Assembly: GCA_963837955.1 (NCBI GenBank)
Contig: CAWIPH010000001.1
Location: forward strand, 480,001 to 544,000
DNA from: an uncultured Verrucomicrobiae bacterium
GTDB lineage: Bacteria > Verrucomicrobiota > Verrucomicrobiia > Chthoniobacterales > JAFAMB01
Reading direction: 5' to 3'
DNA length: 64,000 nt
Positions 1 to 10,217 of this stretch are shown in pieces; position 1 is the stretch's first letter, and each line of letters begins with the position of its first letter. The position numbers and the translations under genes were made by a program. The notes beneath the pieces are model-generated. The model saw only the letters and a list, made by a program, of their open reading frames with translations. It did no database searches and was not told the DNA's origin.

Positions 1-459
1 AAGACCGTGAATCTGGCCGAAGCCGCGAAGACTGGGTACACGCTCGTCTACTTCTATCCGAAAGCGATGACCGCTGGTTGCACCGCGCAGGCTTGCAGCC
101 TCCGCGACGCGTATCAGGACCTGCAGCAAAAAGGAGTCAAGATTTATGGGGTTAGTGCGGATGCCGTGGACAGTCAGAAACAATTCCAGTCGAAAGAACA
201 ATTGCCGTTTGAGCTGCTATCGGACACCGATCATAAGGTTACCTCTGCCTTCGGCGTACCGCTCATACAGAGCACTTTTGCAACACGACAAGCATACCTC
301 TTCAAAGATGGCCGGCTGGTTTGGCTGGACACCAAGGCGTCCACCGACAAGCAGGCGGCTGACGTTCTGGCCGTCCTTTCCAGCAAGACACGCGAGACAG
401 TGGACGCGGGGAACAAGGCGAACACTGGAGCTCAAAAGACGAAAGCAGCAAGCCAATAG
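1..459 (+). CDS. bcp: Peroxiredoxin, BCP/PrxQ family (5' truncated by window edge)
   Basis: YFYPKAMTAGCTAQAC motif (PxxxTxxC plus resolving Cys); frame is open from base 1. Confidence 0.85.
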   Translation, partial: KTVNLAEAAKTGYTLVYFYPKAMTAGCTAQACSLRDAYQDLQQKGVKIYGVSADAVDSQKQFQSKEQLPFELLSDTDHKVTSAFGVPLIQSTFATRQAYLFKDGRLVWLDTKASTDKQAADVLAVLSSKTRETVDAGNKANTGAQKTKAASQ

Positions 460-643
460 CAAAAGACTTGTGGTCGCTCTTGCTTGGACTCGATTTTTCG
501 GATCCCGCTCGAATCGTGCGGGGGCGCCGCAAGCGGACGCCCCTCCGCCTGGCGAGTTCCTCGACGCATTCCTTCGTGGATTTTGCTTGTCACGCAAAAC
601 TCGACTCGCCCTATTGCGGAATCGTGTTTATGGTCTCCGCCGT

Positions 644-1234
644 ATGTGTTGTCGCTCGGGCAGGCTGTTGAGGCACCAAAAACATCAACTTATTCCGTTT
701 TTTTTGCTGAGCCTGTTTCCGGCGATTTGGATGCAGGCCGAAGATTTAACGACCGCTACCGGTCATACGTTCCACAACGTCCAAGTTACTAGCCGAAGCA
801 CCACGACCTTAGTCATTCAAAGTAACGAGGGCCAGGCGGTGGTGCCCGTTTCCGACCTCAAGTCGTCCGACAAGGAACGGTTCTCAAAAGACCTAACCAA
901 AGCGATTGAGCTTCCGGCACTTACGGTTCTTGGTGAGCAGAAACCTGATTTCACTAAAGCGCCGCCGGAGTCGCGAATCGAGAATATCGCTGACAAAGAG
1001 TTCCGTCGACAGGCTCAGGAGAAGAAGGATAAGGCAGAAGATAAGGCGCTCCATCCGCAGTATAAGCCGTATGAAATTATTAGCGGCGTCGGTCTGGGCG
1101 TCGGGGCAGCCAATATCACGAGCGATAACGCAACGAAACCGTCTTATCTAACGCCGGAATATCAGGGCTTGGCGCCTTCGATCGTGGAGAAACAGTTGAA
1201 GGTTTTTGCGGATGCGATCGAAAAAGGGCAGTGA
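644..1234 (+). CDS. Secreted hypothetical protein (start uncertain, 644-670)
   Basis: Hydrophobic signal-like segment LIPFFLLSLFPAIWMQA followed by a globular-looking region; the N-terminal part of ORF 146..1234 overlaps bcp and is likely spurious. Confidence 0.55.
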   Translation: MCCRSGRLLRHQKHQLIPFFLLSLFPAIWMQAEDLTTATGHTFHNVQVTSRSTTTLVIQSNEGQAVVPVSDLKSSDKERFSKDLTKAIELPALTVLGEQKPDFTKAPPESRIENIADKEFRRQAQEKKDKAEDKALHPQYKPYEIISGVGLGVGAANITSDNATKPSYLTPEYQGLAPSIVEKQLKVFADAIEKGQ

Positions 1235-1332
1235 TCGCTGCGCGGTGATGACAAACAGGAGATAACGAATTTTGGCTGTTGGCTATTTCTTTGCGAGGAT
1301 CGCGCTTTACTCAGATTTGATGCTTTAGCTAT

Positions 1333-1956
1333 GTGCGTGACGTGTCCGATTTTTCGTCAGAACTGACTAGTCTACATCCCTTCTTCACGCTGCTAGGTGG
1401 AGCGGCCGCCACCTTCGTCGGCCTCCTCTTCATCGCGGTAACTTGGAACCCGTACCTCCTGGCCTCCCAAGCCGACCCCCGACTTCTTCGTGTCGTGGTG
1501 AACGCTTTTCGGGATCTACTGTTTATACTCATTTTGTCACTTTTGCTCCTTTTGCCGCTTAACAGTGCCAAGGAAGTGGGCCAAGGGTTAATTTATCCTT
1601 CTGCGGTATTTCTAATGCTTTTGCTGGTCGGCGTTTTCCGCAATCCCGGTGGCGAGTCGCAAATTAGCCAGTCGCGCCGGATCCGGTTTCACGCGGTGAG
1701 CGGGCTGGTCTATGTCGCGAGCTTCATTGCGGCAATCCTTTTGCTGTTCCAGGGAGAAAGGCGTCCCGGTTCCATCGATTTCTCTATCAGCCTCCTCATC
1801 AATGCTTCGTTTCTGGGTCTGTTCTCTGCGATTCAGGTCGCCTGGTACGTTTTAATCACGGCTCGCAAAAATGAATTGTCCGCGTCGTCTGAGCTGAGTT
1901 CCGCGAACACGGAGAATAGTGAACCAGGAACGACAAACCGTGGAGTCTTACAGTGA
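1333..1956 (+). CDS. Hypothetical membrane protein (about 5 TM)
   Basis: FFTLLGGAAATFVGLLFIAVT and further hydrophobic helices; overlaps the next gene by GTGA. Confidence 0.7.
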   Translation: MRDVSDFSSELTSLHPFFTLLGGAAATFVGLLFIAVTWNPYLLASQADPRLLRVVVNAFRDLLFILILSLLLLLPLNSAKEVGQGLIYPSAVFLMLLLVGVFRNPGGESQISQSRRIRFHAVSGLVYVASFIAAILLLFQGERRPGSIDFSISLLINASFLGLFSAIQVAWYVLITARKNELSASSELSSANTENSEPGTTNRGVLQ

Positions 1957-2756
1957 AGCCTAGCGTCGAACGATTTATGGGGTTTGCGGAGGTCTACGAT
2001 AAAGTGCGGCCTTCGCCACCCGAAGCAATTGCCGACTTCCTGTTGCACCTCGCAAAAATGGAAATAGCCGAGCGCGTCGTCGATCTCGGATCCGGCAGTG
2101 GCTTATCCATGGTGATGTGGGTAGGGAGAACTCGCTCGATCGTTGGAGTGGAGCCGTCTCACGACATGCGGCGAGAAGCGGAAAGACGCTGTTCTACCGT
2201 TTTCCCATCGGACTCAGTTGAGTGGATTAGTGCGGAGGCAGATGCTACGCAGATCCCCGCGCAGACCGTCGATGTTGCCACCGCGTCGCAGTCGTTCCAT
2301 TGGATGAATCCCGAGACGACGCTTCCGGAAGTAGCGCGTATCCTCCGCCCGGGAGGAATTTTCGCAGCAATCGACTGCGATTGGCCGCCATCAATTTTGC
2401 CAGAGCTGGAGGTGGCATACAATAAGTGTGTAGCAAAGGCCGATGACCCGAAATATGCGGGTGTGCGATTGGCTCGAGTCAAAGCGTGGCCGAAACACGA
2501 ACATCTCGAAAGCATCCGGCGTAGCGGCTGTTTCCGAATGGCGAAAGAATCCACCTTTCACAAAATAGAAATTGGCACCGCGGAGCGGCTAGTTGGTCTG
2601 GCGAAAAGCCAGGGAGGTGTGGCGGCGTTACTGAAAGCAGGTGTAAGCGAGGAAGAGGTCGGTCTCATTGAGCTGCAGGAAATAGCGCAACGCGAGTTAG
2701 GCGATGGCCCGCTTACATGGTTTTGGAGTTATCGCGTGCGGATTGGAGTGAAGTGA
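1953..2756 (+). CDS. Class I SAM-dependent methyltransferase
   Basis: VVDLGSGSG motif I, GVEPS, ASQSFHW, RILRPGG. Confidence 0.9.
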   Translation: MKPSVERFMGFAEVYDKVRPSPPEAIADFLLHLAKMEIAERVVDLGSGSGLSMVMWVGRTRSIVGVEPSHDMRREAERRCSTVFPSDSVEWISAEADATQIPAQTVDVATASQSFHWMNPETTLPEVARILRPGGIFAAIDCDWPPSILPELEVAYNKCVAKADDPKYAGVRLARVKAWPKHEHLESIRRSGCFRMAKESTFHKIEIGTAERLVGLAKSQGGVAALLKAGVSEEEVGLIELQEIAQRELGDGPLTWFWSYRVRIGVK

Positions 2757-2848
2757 ATGCGAGGGCGGAATTTAGAATTTGGAATGTGGAATACAGAATT
2801 GGGGAGCCGGTAGGGATTAGTAAAGCGTGAGCCGCTAACTGCTAACCT

Positions 2849-3175
2849 TCAACCTTTTCGCCGTCGTGAACGGTGGCGCTCTTCCAAATGCAAATTGAAT
2901 TCGACCTGTCTGGCCTGCAGTCGATCTCGGAGTTCTTGGCGCTTTCCGGGATCGGTACAAAAGTCGATCGACTGTTTTAAGGAATCGATCTCCTGAAGAA
3001 GGTTGACCTCGGGAGGCACGCATCCGGCGCTCCTGAGAAGCGCGTACCCCATCCGTTTTTCTTCCGGCCAGCGAAAGTACTCTTCGAGGTCCAATGGTTT
3101 GCCTTTTCCAGGAAGATGCTCTTCCCAAGTCTGGGCTACCCATTCATCAAGCATCTTTTCAATCGCTGAAGACAT
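2849..3175 (-). CDS. DUF1992 domain protein
   Basis: LPGKGKPLDL ... LLRSAGCVPPEV signature. Confidence 0.75.
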   Translation of the reverse strand: MSSAIEKMLDEWVAQTWEEHLPGKGKPLDLEEYFRWPEEKRMGYALLRSAGCVPPEVNLLQEIDSLKQSIDFCTDPGKRQELRDRLQARQVEFNLHLEERHRSRRRKG

Positions 3176-3351
3176 GGGGTCTTATTTCCAACTACGATAA
3201 TGGTTTGAATGATAGATCCAAGATGACAAATCCTTCTTTGTCATCACCATTCGGCCGAAGGCATGAGCGGATCCTCTTTTCCAAGCGAGCCATCCGCAAC
3301 TCTATCCTGGAATGGGAAGTTGCCCGATGACATACTCGATAAGGTTTAGCA

Positions 3352-3795
3352 ATGGACTGGCTCAAATTTTCTGTCCTGGTCTTGACCGGATTATTCGCGG
3401 TTTACGAATACGCGATTGTCAGGAGGCTTCTGGTTTTGGAAAAAACCAATCCTGATATGGTGGACGGAAAGGGTCGCCATCCTCTGAGCACCCTGATTTA
3501 TGTCCTGCTACTTGGGACGGATGTATTCGCCACTGTGATCTATGCTCTCCGTTTTGAGAGTGGTGGGGTCGCCAATGCTACTGCCTGGGCCGCAGTTTTT
3601 TGCTTAGGGGTTTGCTTGGCTATCGCCATCTGGTGGATCCTTCCACTCCGCGACAGTCCGCCCACTGAAGATTTCCAGAATATTCCAGTGCCTGTTTCGC
3701 TTGAACAAACATTCCGAGCTGTTCAGATCACTTCGGCAGCCTTCTTCCTTCTCGGCTTCCTTTGCCTATGCGTCAGTGTCTCCGTATACACTTGA
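3352..3795 (+). CDS. Hypothetical membrane protein (4 TM)
   Basis: Four hydrophobic segments, ATG start, no overlap with other genes. Confidence 0.6.
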   Translation: MDWLKFSVLVLTGLFAVYEYAIVRRLLVLEKTNPDMVDGKGRHPLSTLIYVLLLGTDVFATVIYALRFESGGVANATAWAAVFCLGVCLAIAIWWILPLRDSPPTEDFQNIPVPVSLEQTFRAVQITSAAFFLLGFLCLCVSVSVYT

Positions 3796-3926
3796 TTAAC
3801 AGAGGAGTTCGAGAGTTACAGAACCGGTCCAGGAAACATAACAATTCCATTCTCACGTGCGTGATCACAACGCCCTTCTCCTACCCTATAACTCCTGAAC
3901 TCCCGAACTCCTGAGTTACTGCCTCA

Positions 3927-4085
3927 TCAAAGCCCGAGATGCAGTAAACCGTTCAACCCGATAATGATCAGGTAGACGGCGACGATGTAGGCCAACAAAC
4001 GGGGCATGATCAAAATTAAAATACCTGCCACCAGGGCAATAATAGGACCAATTTGAATCGAAATAAGTGCCGCTAGAATATCCAT
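3927..4085 (-). CDS. DUF3096-like small membrane protein (52 aa)
   Basis: PIIALVAGILILIMPRLLAYIVAVYLIIIGL matches the DUF3096 pattern; ATG at 4085. Confidence 0.8.
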   Translation of the reverse strand: MDILAALISIQIGPIIALVAGILILIMPRLLAYIVAVYLIIIGLNGLLHLGL

Positions 4086-4294
4086 TGTTTTTTTTCTCCG
4101 AAATTTCGGGGGCGTCTTAGCAGAAGTATTCGGCTTAGACAAGCACGAGTGGAAGCGCCGGCAACGCCGAGAGCGCCGAAAGCGCAGATATATTGCATCC
4201 CCTCCTCACTTCCAGAGCTTGCGTTTTTGAGTCCGTACCGCTACCAGGAGAGGGCATCTGGCGTTTCAACATCGATGACCCAAACGAGCGCAGC

Positions 4295-4385
4295 ATGAAT
4301 ACCTCGGCTCGGTATAAATACCTCGACAGGCTCGGTATGAATATCTCGGCAAGCTCGACATGAACACCTCGATAAGCTCGGTATG
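4295..4385 (+). repeat. Four tandem 19-23 bp repeats (consensus ATGAATACCTCGACAAGCTCGGT)
   Basis: Units start at 4295, 4314, 4337 and 4360; the next period begins at the MFS ATG (4383). Confidence 0.85.
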
Positions 4386-5657
4386 AAAAACGATCTGACC
4401 GGCCACGCCCTTACGCCACTGAAGCTAGGGGTTTATAGTTTGGGGGCGTTGGCCATGAATCTGGCCAACCTCGTACTCACCGAATGGTTCTACGAGCGCT
4501 ATGTGGTTGGCGGCGTGATAAGCACAATCGTCTTCTCGATCATTATTTTGGCGGGGCGTATCACTGATGGCGTTTCAGATCCGTTTCTAGCCTATTGGAC
4601 TGATAGTACGCGAAGCCGCTGGGGTCGACGGATACCGTTTCTTCTTTTTGGCACGTTGCCCTTCGCGATCGTCTCGTTTCTCCTCTGGGTGCCCCCTCAA
4701 GACGCTAGCGAAGGGATCCGGATCGCTTACGCAGCCATTCTGGCTCAGGCTTATTTCTTACTTTACGGATTGGTGGTTACCCCTTATCTGGCGCTGCTTC
4801 CCGAGATCGCCGGCTCGACCAACGATCGTTTGAATCTCACCACCGGACAAGGTGTAGCAGCCCTGGTAGGTACGCTCTGTTTCGCGTTTGCTGGTTTGAT
4901 TGTGCAGCATGCAGGCTTTGTCGGTCTTGGTGTGATGGTAGGTGTGGCGATTTTGATTTCCTATTATCCGATTCCCTTTGTGATATCGGAGCGAGAACAC
5001 AGCGCTGGTGGGAAAGCGTCACTCAAGGTGCTATTCCAGTGGATCAGAGATGTGGTAGGAAACCCAACTTTCTTGCCGCTTCTTATTTCCACGTCGCTCT
5101 ACTGGTTCGCATTAAACCTGTTATTGATGTTGGTCCCGCGTTGGGTGCAGGTACAGCTGGGAATGGAGAAGGACGCCGTGACTTGGCTCATGTTGCCCTT
5201 TATCGCCGTGAATCTGGTAGCGTTCTTTCTATTTAATTGGTTAGCAAAACGGATCGGAAAGTATCGCAGCTTCCTTTGCGTATTTGCTTTGACCGTCCTG
5301 GTATTCGCATTAGTCGGCCTTTCCGATCGAATTCAGGTTGGGCTTCCTCCATTCGTCGTCGCCCAGTGTATTGTTGGATTGGCCGGCGTCCCGGTCGGAG
5401 GTTTTGGGGTCCTGGCGTTTGCTTTGCTGGCCGACGTGATCGATGAGGACAGCAATCGGCGCCGGCTCCATAGGGAGGCGATCTTTTTCGGAGTCCAAGC
5501 CATCTTTCAAAAGTCGACGATTGGTCTTTCGGCTGTAGCATTCGGCTGGCTGCAAACGCTTGGATCCAGCCAAAGTTTCCATGGGTGTGCCTATCTGGCT
5601 GCTGCGGTCTGCCTGGCCGGTCTGTTCGCTTTCGCCAGGTTTCCGATGAAAGGGTAG
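4383..5657 (+). CDS. MFS transporter, GPH/MelB-like (MFS_2)
   Basis: GRITDGVSDP...TDSTRSRWGRRIPF, LADVIDED...REAIFFG; about 12 TM. Confidence 0.9.
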   Translation: MKNDLTGHALTPLKLGVYSLGALAMNLANLVLTEWFYERYVVGGVISTIVFSIIILAGRITDGVSDPFLAYWTDSTRSRWGRRIPFLLFGTLPFAIVSFLLWVPPQDASEGIRIAYAAILAQAYFLLYGLVVTPYLALLPEIAGSTNDRLNLTTGQGVAALVGTLCFAFAGLIVQHAGFVGLGVMVGVAILISYYPIPFVISEREHSAGGKASLKVLFQWIRDVVGNPTFLPLLISTSLYWFALNLLLMLVPRWVQVQLGMEKDAVTWLMLPFIAVNLVAFFLFNWLAKRIGKYRSFLCVFALTVLVFALVGLSDRIQVGLPPFVVAQCIVGLAGVPVGGFGVLAFALLADVIDEDSNRRRLHREAIFFGVQAIFQKSTIGLSAVAFGWLQTLGSSQSFHGCAYLAAAVCLAGLFAFARFPMKG

Positions 5658-5752
5658 GGTGAAACAGATCCGGCGAAGGCAGGATCTGTGAGCCTGGAGC
5701 AGCGGAGTAATGGAACGGTACCGGCTCCGCGCCGGTGCTCCGGAAATATTGG

Positions 5753-5788
5753 GGTAGCGGGATCCCGCAGCCGCGCGGGACCGCTACC
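5753..5788. repeat. GTAG-type REP-like palindrome between convergent genes
   Basis: GGTAGCGG-GATCCCGC...GCGGGA-CCGCTACC. Confidence 0.55.
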
Positions 5789-5806
5789 AATACGCCAAAC
5801 GCGTCG

Positions 5807-8089
5807 TCAGTCCTTCGGTGCCAATTCAGCTAACAGCTTCTCGTACCGTGGATCTTTCCGAAGCGGTTCCCAATATGGATCACACTTTAGTTGGCCGTAG
5901 AAAACACCGTTTGGCACCTTGGTCAAAGAACTCAATTTCTCAAAGGCTAGGTCCAATTCATTGGCCCAGGCATAAACAACAGCTAGATTCAACTCCAAGC
6001 ACGGGCCGGCCAGCGCGTCCTTGGAGATCGGCAACAGTTCGACAGCACGTTTGGCTTCCGAGATGGCTACTTCTCTGTTGTTGAGCAGGGCATCCACCAC
6101 TGCCAACTGGCTAAGCAGTTTGGCATCTCCTTGTGACTTCTGGACCTTCTGGTTTAATTGTTCTCGCGTCTCAACAAAGCTGGCGTTTAAACCAGGTTGT
6201 TCTCCCTGGAGCCGGGCGAGGAGGATGGAATAACAACCGACCGGCACATTTATCTGTCCGTAAGCAAAGTCGCCTTCGTCGTCGCCGCCCTTCATCTTTT
6301 CGATCACTTCTTTCGCTTGCGGCCAATCACGATCAACCAAGGCGAACCCCAGTCGCAAAGAGAGCGCACCTCTGTCGTCGGCCATGGATGCCGGGAGCGT
6401 TGCGATCGCAGCCCGGACCGCGGTGTCATCTCCGGTCCTATAAAAGGTTACGAACAGTGGCTTTTGGGCCTTGAGTATCGGCTCGTCTGGACGGAGCTCG
6501 ATCAATCGGTCGAACATCTCCTCGGAGGCACGAAACTGACGTGTGAAACAAAGGGTAAAAGCCAACTCTTCAATGAAAACCGAATTGTGCGGATCCCGCG
6601 TGATTGCTTCGTTGAACTCCTGGATTGCTTTTTCGAATTGCCCCTGCCGCCGATCGATGAGCGCTTCGAGCGCGATCGTCTCGGCGTCGTTCGGAAGGCC
6701 GTGTCTGGCAATGGCTAGCTGTACTCGTGCCCGCTCATAATCATGATAGCCGCGGTAGAGGTGGTACGCGTACGTCCGATGAACCTCGGGCAGGTCCGGT
6801 TGCAAACCCAATGCGCTGTTTACCGCTGCATCTCCCAAGGCGCGTTGCTCTGGAGTTGGATCGTACAAGTAATAGAGGAGATCGTGCGCTTGTGCCAATG
6901 CACAGTAGGCGAGGACGAACTTTGGATCCAGCCGGACGGCTTGCTCCAGAAAATTGACAGCGTCGATCAGCGGTTTCTCGACATCTCCAAAGGTCATAGA
7001 AACGTGAACGCTTACCAGTAACTCCTTGGCCCGGAGGTAGAGATCGTAGGCCTCGAGATTCTCGGTTGGTTTCTTTTCGATACTCCGCTTTTCTTCCGGG
7101 GAAAGCGTTGCAGCTAGTTTGGTGGCGATGGTCTGAGCTACTTCGCTCTGGATCGCGAAAATGTCGGTGAGATCGCGATCAAAACTGTCGGCCCAGGTGG
7201 TCTTATCCTGGCGAGCGTCGATGAGTTCGGTGCTGACCCGAACCCGGTTTCCGTTCCGGCGCACGGTTCCTTCCAAGACATTGGCTACACCCAACGCATT
7301 AGCGATCTGGCGTAGATCGCGTTTCTCGTCGGCACGATATTGCATGACCGACGTGCGGCTGATAACCGTCAGTTGAGCAACCTTGGCCAGGTTGTTAAGG
7401 ATCTCATCCTGAACACCGTCAGCGAAATAAGTGTCGTCTTTATTCGCGCTGATGCTTTCGAAAGGCAGTACGGCGATGCTTTTTGCCGGAACAGCAATAG
7501 CCGAAGCGATCGAGTCATTCGCTTTGTGAGTGTTTGCGGCGAAGAACCAGAGAGCGCTGGCTATGATAGCGGCTGCACCGACCAGACAAGCCACGAGCAG
7601 CCAGCCTCTCCGCCTGGGTACCATTGCTCTTGGTGACTCCGGTTCCTTTTCAAGAGTGGACTTGCCGGCGACACCTTGATCTTTGCCATCCTCCAGCAAC
7701 CGTTTTATCCGCTCCGTTAAAACCGCGAGATGTGGCTGTAAGGGTGGGGTGCTCGCGTCCAGCCAATGGACGGTCTCCAAAAAATAGACAAGACTATCGC
7801 GGGGGACAACCGCCTCGGTCCGGAACGGAATCACTGCTAGACCCAGAGAGAAGGCTCTAGCCATTTCACGCCGAACGTGCTCCGAGTCGTTGGCGTGGGC
7901 GGAAAACACCAGAACGAAAACGCGGCAGCGGGTAATGCCCGCCATGATACCTTCGGTCCAATCGGATCCCACTTCGATGTCGCGAGGAGCGATCCAGCAC
8001 CGGATGCCGGCCGATTCCAGCTGCCTGCAAATAGCATCTGCAACCGCTTTGTCCTTGCTGGAATGGCTGATAAAGACCTTGGGCTCCAT
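5807..8089 (-). CDS. TIR domain + TM + TolB-like + TPR protein
   Basis: KVFISHSSKD, CWIAPRDI, SEHVRRE (TIR); TM WLLVACLVGAAAIIASALWFF; KSIAVLPFE...YFADGVQDEIL; TPR repeats; C-terminal DPYWEPLRKDPRY. Confidence 0.9.
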   Translation of the reverse strand: MEPKVFISHSSKDKAVADAICRQLESAGIRCWIAPRDIEVGSDWTEGIMAGITRCRVFVLVFSAHANDSEHVRREMARAFSLGLAVIPFRTEAVVPRDSLVYFLETVHWLDASTPPLQPHLAVLTERIKRLLEDGKDQGVAGKSTLEKEPESPRAMVPRRRGWLLVACLVGAAAIIASALWFFAANTHKANDSIASAIAVPAKSIAVLPFESISANKDDTYFADGVQDEILNNLAKVAQLTVISRTSVMQYRADEKRDLRQIANALGVANVLEGTVRRNGNRVRVSTELIDARQDKTTWADSFDRDLTDIFAIQSEVAQTIATKLAATLSPEEKRSIEKKPTENLEAYDLYLRAKELLVSVHVSMTFGDVEKPLIDAVNFLEQAVRLDPKFVLAYCALAQAHDLLYYLYDPTPEQRALGDAAVNSALGLQPDLPEVHRTYAYHLYRGYHDYERARVQLAIARHGLPNDAETIALEALIDRRQGQFEKAIQEFNEAITRDPHNSVFIEELAFTLCFTRQFRASEEMFDRLIELRPDEPILKAQKPLFVTFYRTGDDTAVRAAIATLPASMADDRGALSLRLGFALVDRDWPQAKEVIEKMKGGDDEGDFAYGQINVPVGCYSILLARLQGEQPGLNASFVETREQLNQKVQKSQGDAKLLSQLAVVDALLNNREVAISEAKRAVELLPISKDALAGPCLELNLAVVYAWANELDLAFEKLSSLTKVPNGVFYGQLKCDPYWEPLRKDPRYEKLLAELAPKD

Positions 8090-8164
8090 ACGGTAGCAGG
8101 AGCGTTGTAGTCGATTCAGTGACCGATGGCGAGCGGAAGCGGCAGTGCAGAATCGATCCCGAAG

Positions 8165-8261
8165 GGGAGGGCGCACGTCCTCGTGCGCCGCGGATCGCGA
8201 GGACGCGATCCCTCCCCCGGGGCAGAGAACCAGACTCCGTCTTTATGTTGACGCACATGGG
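8165..8261. repeat. 52-bp GGAG-REP doublet (8165-8216) within a host repeat ending TTATGTTGACGCACATGGG
   Basis: GGGAGGGCGCACGTCCTCGTGCGCCGCGGATCGCGAGGACGCGATCCCTCCC, identical at 32174 and 52132. Confidence 0.9.
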
Positions 8262-8322
8262 ACGGCCGAACGCAAGTTCCCGGCGTTCCCGGCGATGACG
8301 GCGTTCCCGGCGTTTTTCGTTC

Positions 8323-9648
8323 CTACCGTTCAGAGGGACTCAATTCGTAGACTGTGCCGCTGTAGTCGTCCGAGATGAACAATGACTTGCCTCCGGCCGC
8401 CGGTTTCACGTCCACAGGACGACCCCAAATCCGTTGCGATTGGTCGTCCAACCAACCGGTGACCAAGTCAGTCTGGTTACCGGGCCGCTGGCTGGTCCAC
8501 GGAAAGATGACCACCTTGTAACCGGTCTTTCGGCTTCGATCCCATGAACCGTGGTACGCGACTGCGGCGGAGTTCCGCAACCATTCCAGCAGCTTTGTCT
8601 CCTGCAAAAACGCCATCCCAAGCGGTGCTGAATGAGCCTGGATGCCCTTATCGCTAAGCGTGAACTTCGAATCCGGATATTTGCTCCAATCCGCATTGGT
8701 TTCGTAGTTCGGGTCGAGCGGCATATTATCCAAACCGCTCGGGCCGTCAGGGTCTGGTTCAGCGAACGGCCATCCGTAGTCCGCACCCGATTTAACATGG
8801 ATGAATGTGTCCGGAGGATGGTCATCGACGTAGCTCGTAATTCGTTTGCCGTAATCGTCAGAGCCGCTTCCTTTCCAGCTTCGGTGGAATGGAAACCGGA
8901 TCTCGTCACTTCCGTTGACCACTGCCCATAACGCGTTGGTGCCGGGAAGAAAACCGAGGCCTTCCGCGTTCCGAATGCCTTTCGCGAACAGGGACCGGTT
9001 TCCGCCATCCAGATCGTAACGGTAAATGGCACATCGAATCGGATCGCTGGTGGTGTCTCTCGGATCAGCATTGGTCGATGAAGCGATGTCCACGTAGAGA
9101 TGATGGTCTGGGCCAACCGCTAAGTTCTTCAATTCATGGCGATAGGCCCCGCGGAGTTCCGGGCTGCTCGTATCGGGCAGGTTCGGTACGATAACCTGTT
9201 TTTGGAGCAAGGCGTGTTTGTCGGAATCGTAGAGGAACCGGCTAATCTCGTTGGATTCACCGACGTACACGTAGGTCTTGCCTCCGATCGCGGTAAAAAC
9301 CATTCCATGCGGTTGCCGCAATCCGGAAACGGCGACCACCGGTAGAGTTGCATCAGAAGACGCAACTGAGACCCACCAAATCCTACCCCTCGAAGGCTGA
9401 GAAACGAGGAGACCACCATCCGGTGTGGAGGCGAGAAAGCGGGCCGCCGGAATCCGGGCGATGACTCGGATCTGAAAGCCATGCGGGACTTGCAGATACC
9501 GGTCCTGATCGAACGGGGAGGATCGAAGTGCAGCGGGAACGGCAACCTTCTCCGAGCCCAATTGGGTTTCCCCGTAGCTCGGTTGGAGCGCAACGAGAAA
9601 AAATGCTGGAGCAACGAAGATTAGAGCAAAAACAGCGAGCCTGTTCAT
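8323..9648 (-). CDS. PQQ-dependent sugar (glucose/sorbosone) dehydrogenase family, secreted
   Basis: Signal peptide; GIRNAEGL, DYGWP, AHSAPLGMAF, HGSWDRS..TGYKVV, WGRPVDV, SDD. Confidence 0.9.
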   Translation of the reverse strand: MNRLAVFALIFVAPAFFLVALQPSYGETQLGSEKVAVPAALRSSPFDQDRYLQVPHGFQIRVIARIPAARFLASTPDGGLLVSQPSRGRIWWVSVASSDATLPVVAVSGLRQPHGMVFTAIGGKTYVYVGESNEISRFLYDSDKHALLQKQVIVPNLPDTSSPELRGAYRHELKNLAVGPDHHLYVDIASSTNADPRDTTSDPIRCAIYRYDLDGGNRSLFAKGIRNAEGLGFLPGTNALWAVVNGSDEIRFPFHRSWKGSGSDDYGKRITSYVDDHPPDTFIHVKSGADYGWPFAEPDPDGPSGLDNMPLDPNYETNADWSKYPDSKFTLSDKGIQAHSAPLGMAFLQETKLLEWLRNSAAVAYHGSWDRSRKTGYKVVIFPWTSQRPGNQTDLVTGWLDDQSQRIWGRPVDVKPAAGGKSLFISDDYSGTVYELSPSER

Positions 9649-9739
9649 GAGATCATTACTTAGCTGTGGTTGGAATAAGTCTTTCCGGATCGGGTCTACT
9701 TAATTGACAAACAATAACCCTGTTCGAACTGATAATTAT

Positions 9740-10192
9740 ATGTCCTTTGCGCAAGGTGCTCTGGGTTTTCGCGTTCTATTTTGTATTGTTCTGTCCTTTG
9801 CAGCGCACAGGTTGCTTGCGGCCGATCCATCGTCGGTCACTGGTCTTTGGAAAAACGAAGACGGCTCGTTCGAGGTTTACGAGGAGAACGGAAAACTGTC
9901 GGCCAAGATCGTCAGCTTACGCGAGCCGCTCACTCCGGAGGGGAAAGAAAAACTCGATATTCACAATCCGGACGCCAGCAAACACAGTCGTCCAATCATT
10001 GGCCTGGTTTTCATGACCGGATTTACTCCGGCCGGGTCCGGGAAATGGGAGAACGGGACAATTTACGATCCGAGGAACGGGAATATCTATTCCTGCAATA
10101 TGGAATTAGAGAGTACGAACACCCTTAAAGTACGGGGCTACGTCGGCATCTCGCTGATCGGGCGAACCGAAATCTGGAAAAGAGCGGAATGA
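9740..10192 (+). CDS. DUF2147 domain protein
   Basis: GLWK, DIHNPD, WENGTIYDPRNG..Y, LKVRGYVGISLIGRTEIW. Confidence 0.9.
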   Translation: MSFAQGALGFRVLFCIVLSFAAHRLLAADPSSVTGLWKNEDGSFEVYEENGKLSAKIVSLREPLTPEGKEKLDIHNPDASKHSRPIIGLVFMTGFTPAGSGKWENGTIYDPRNGNIYSCNMELESTNTLKVRGYVGISLIGRTEIWKRAE

Positions 10193-10217
10193 GCTTCGAA
10201 TGAAATGGGTCATCGTC

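Noticed and set aside
146..643. N-terminal half of ORF 146..1234
   Set aside because: Overlaps the peroxiredoxin in another frame and is not protein-like
4295..4385. Possible CRISPR array
   Set aside because: Units abut with no unique spacers, and there are no cas genes in the window
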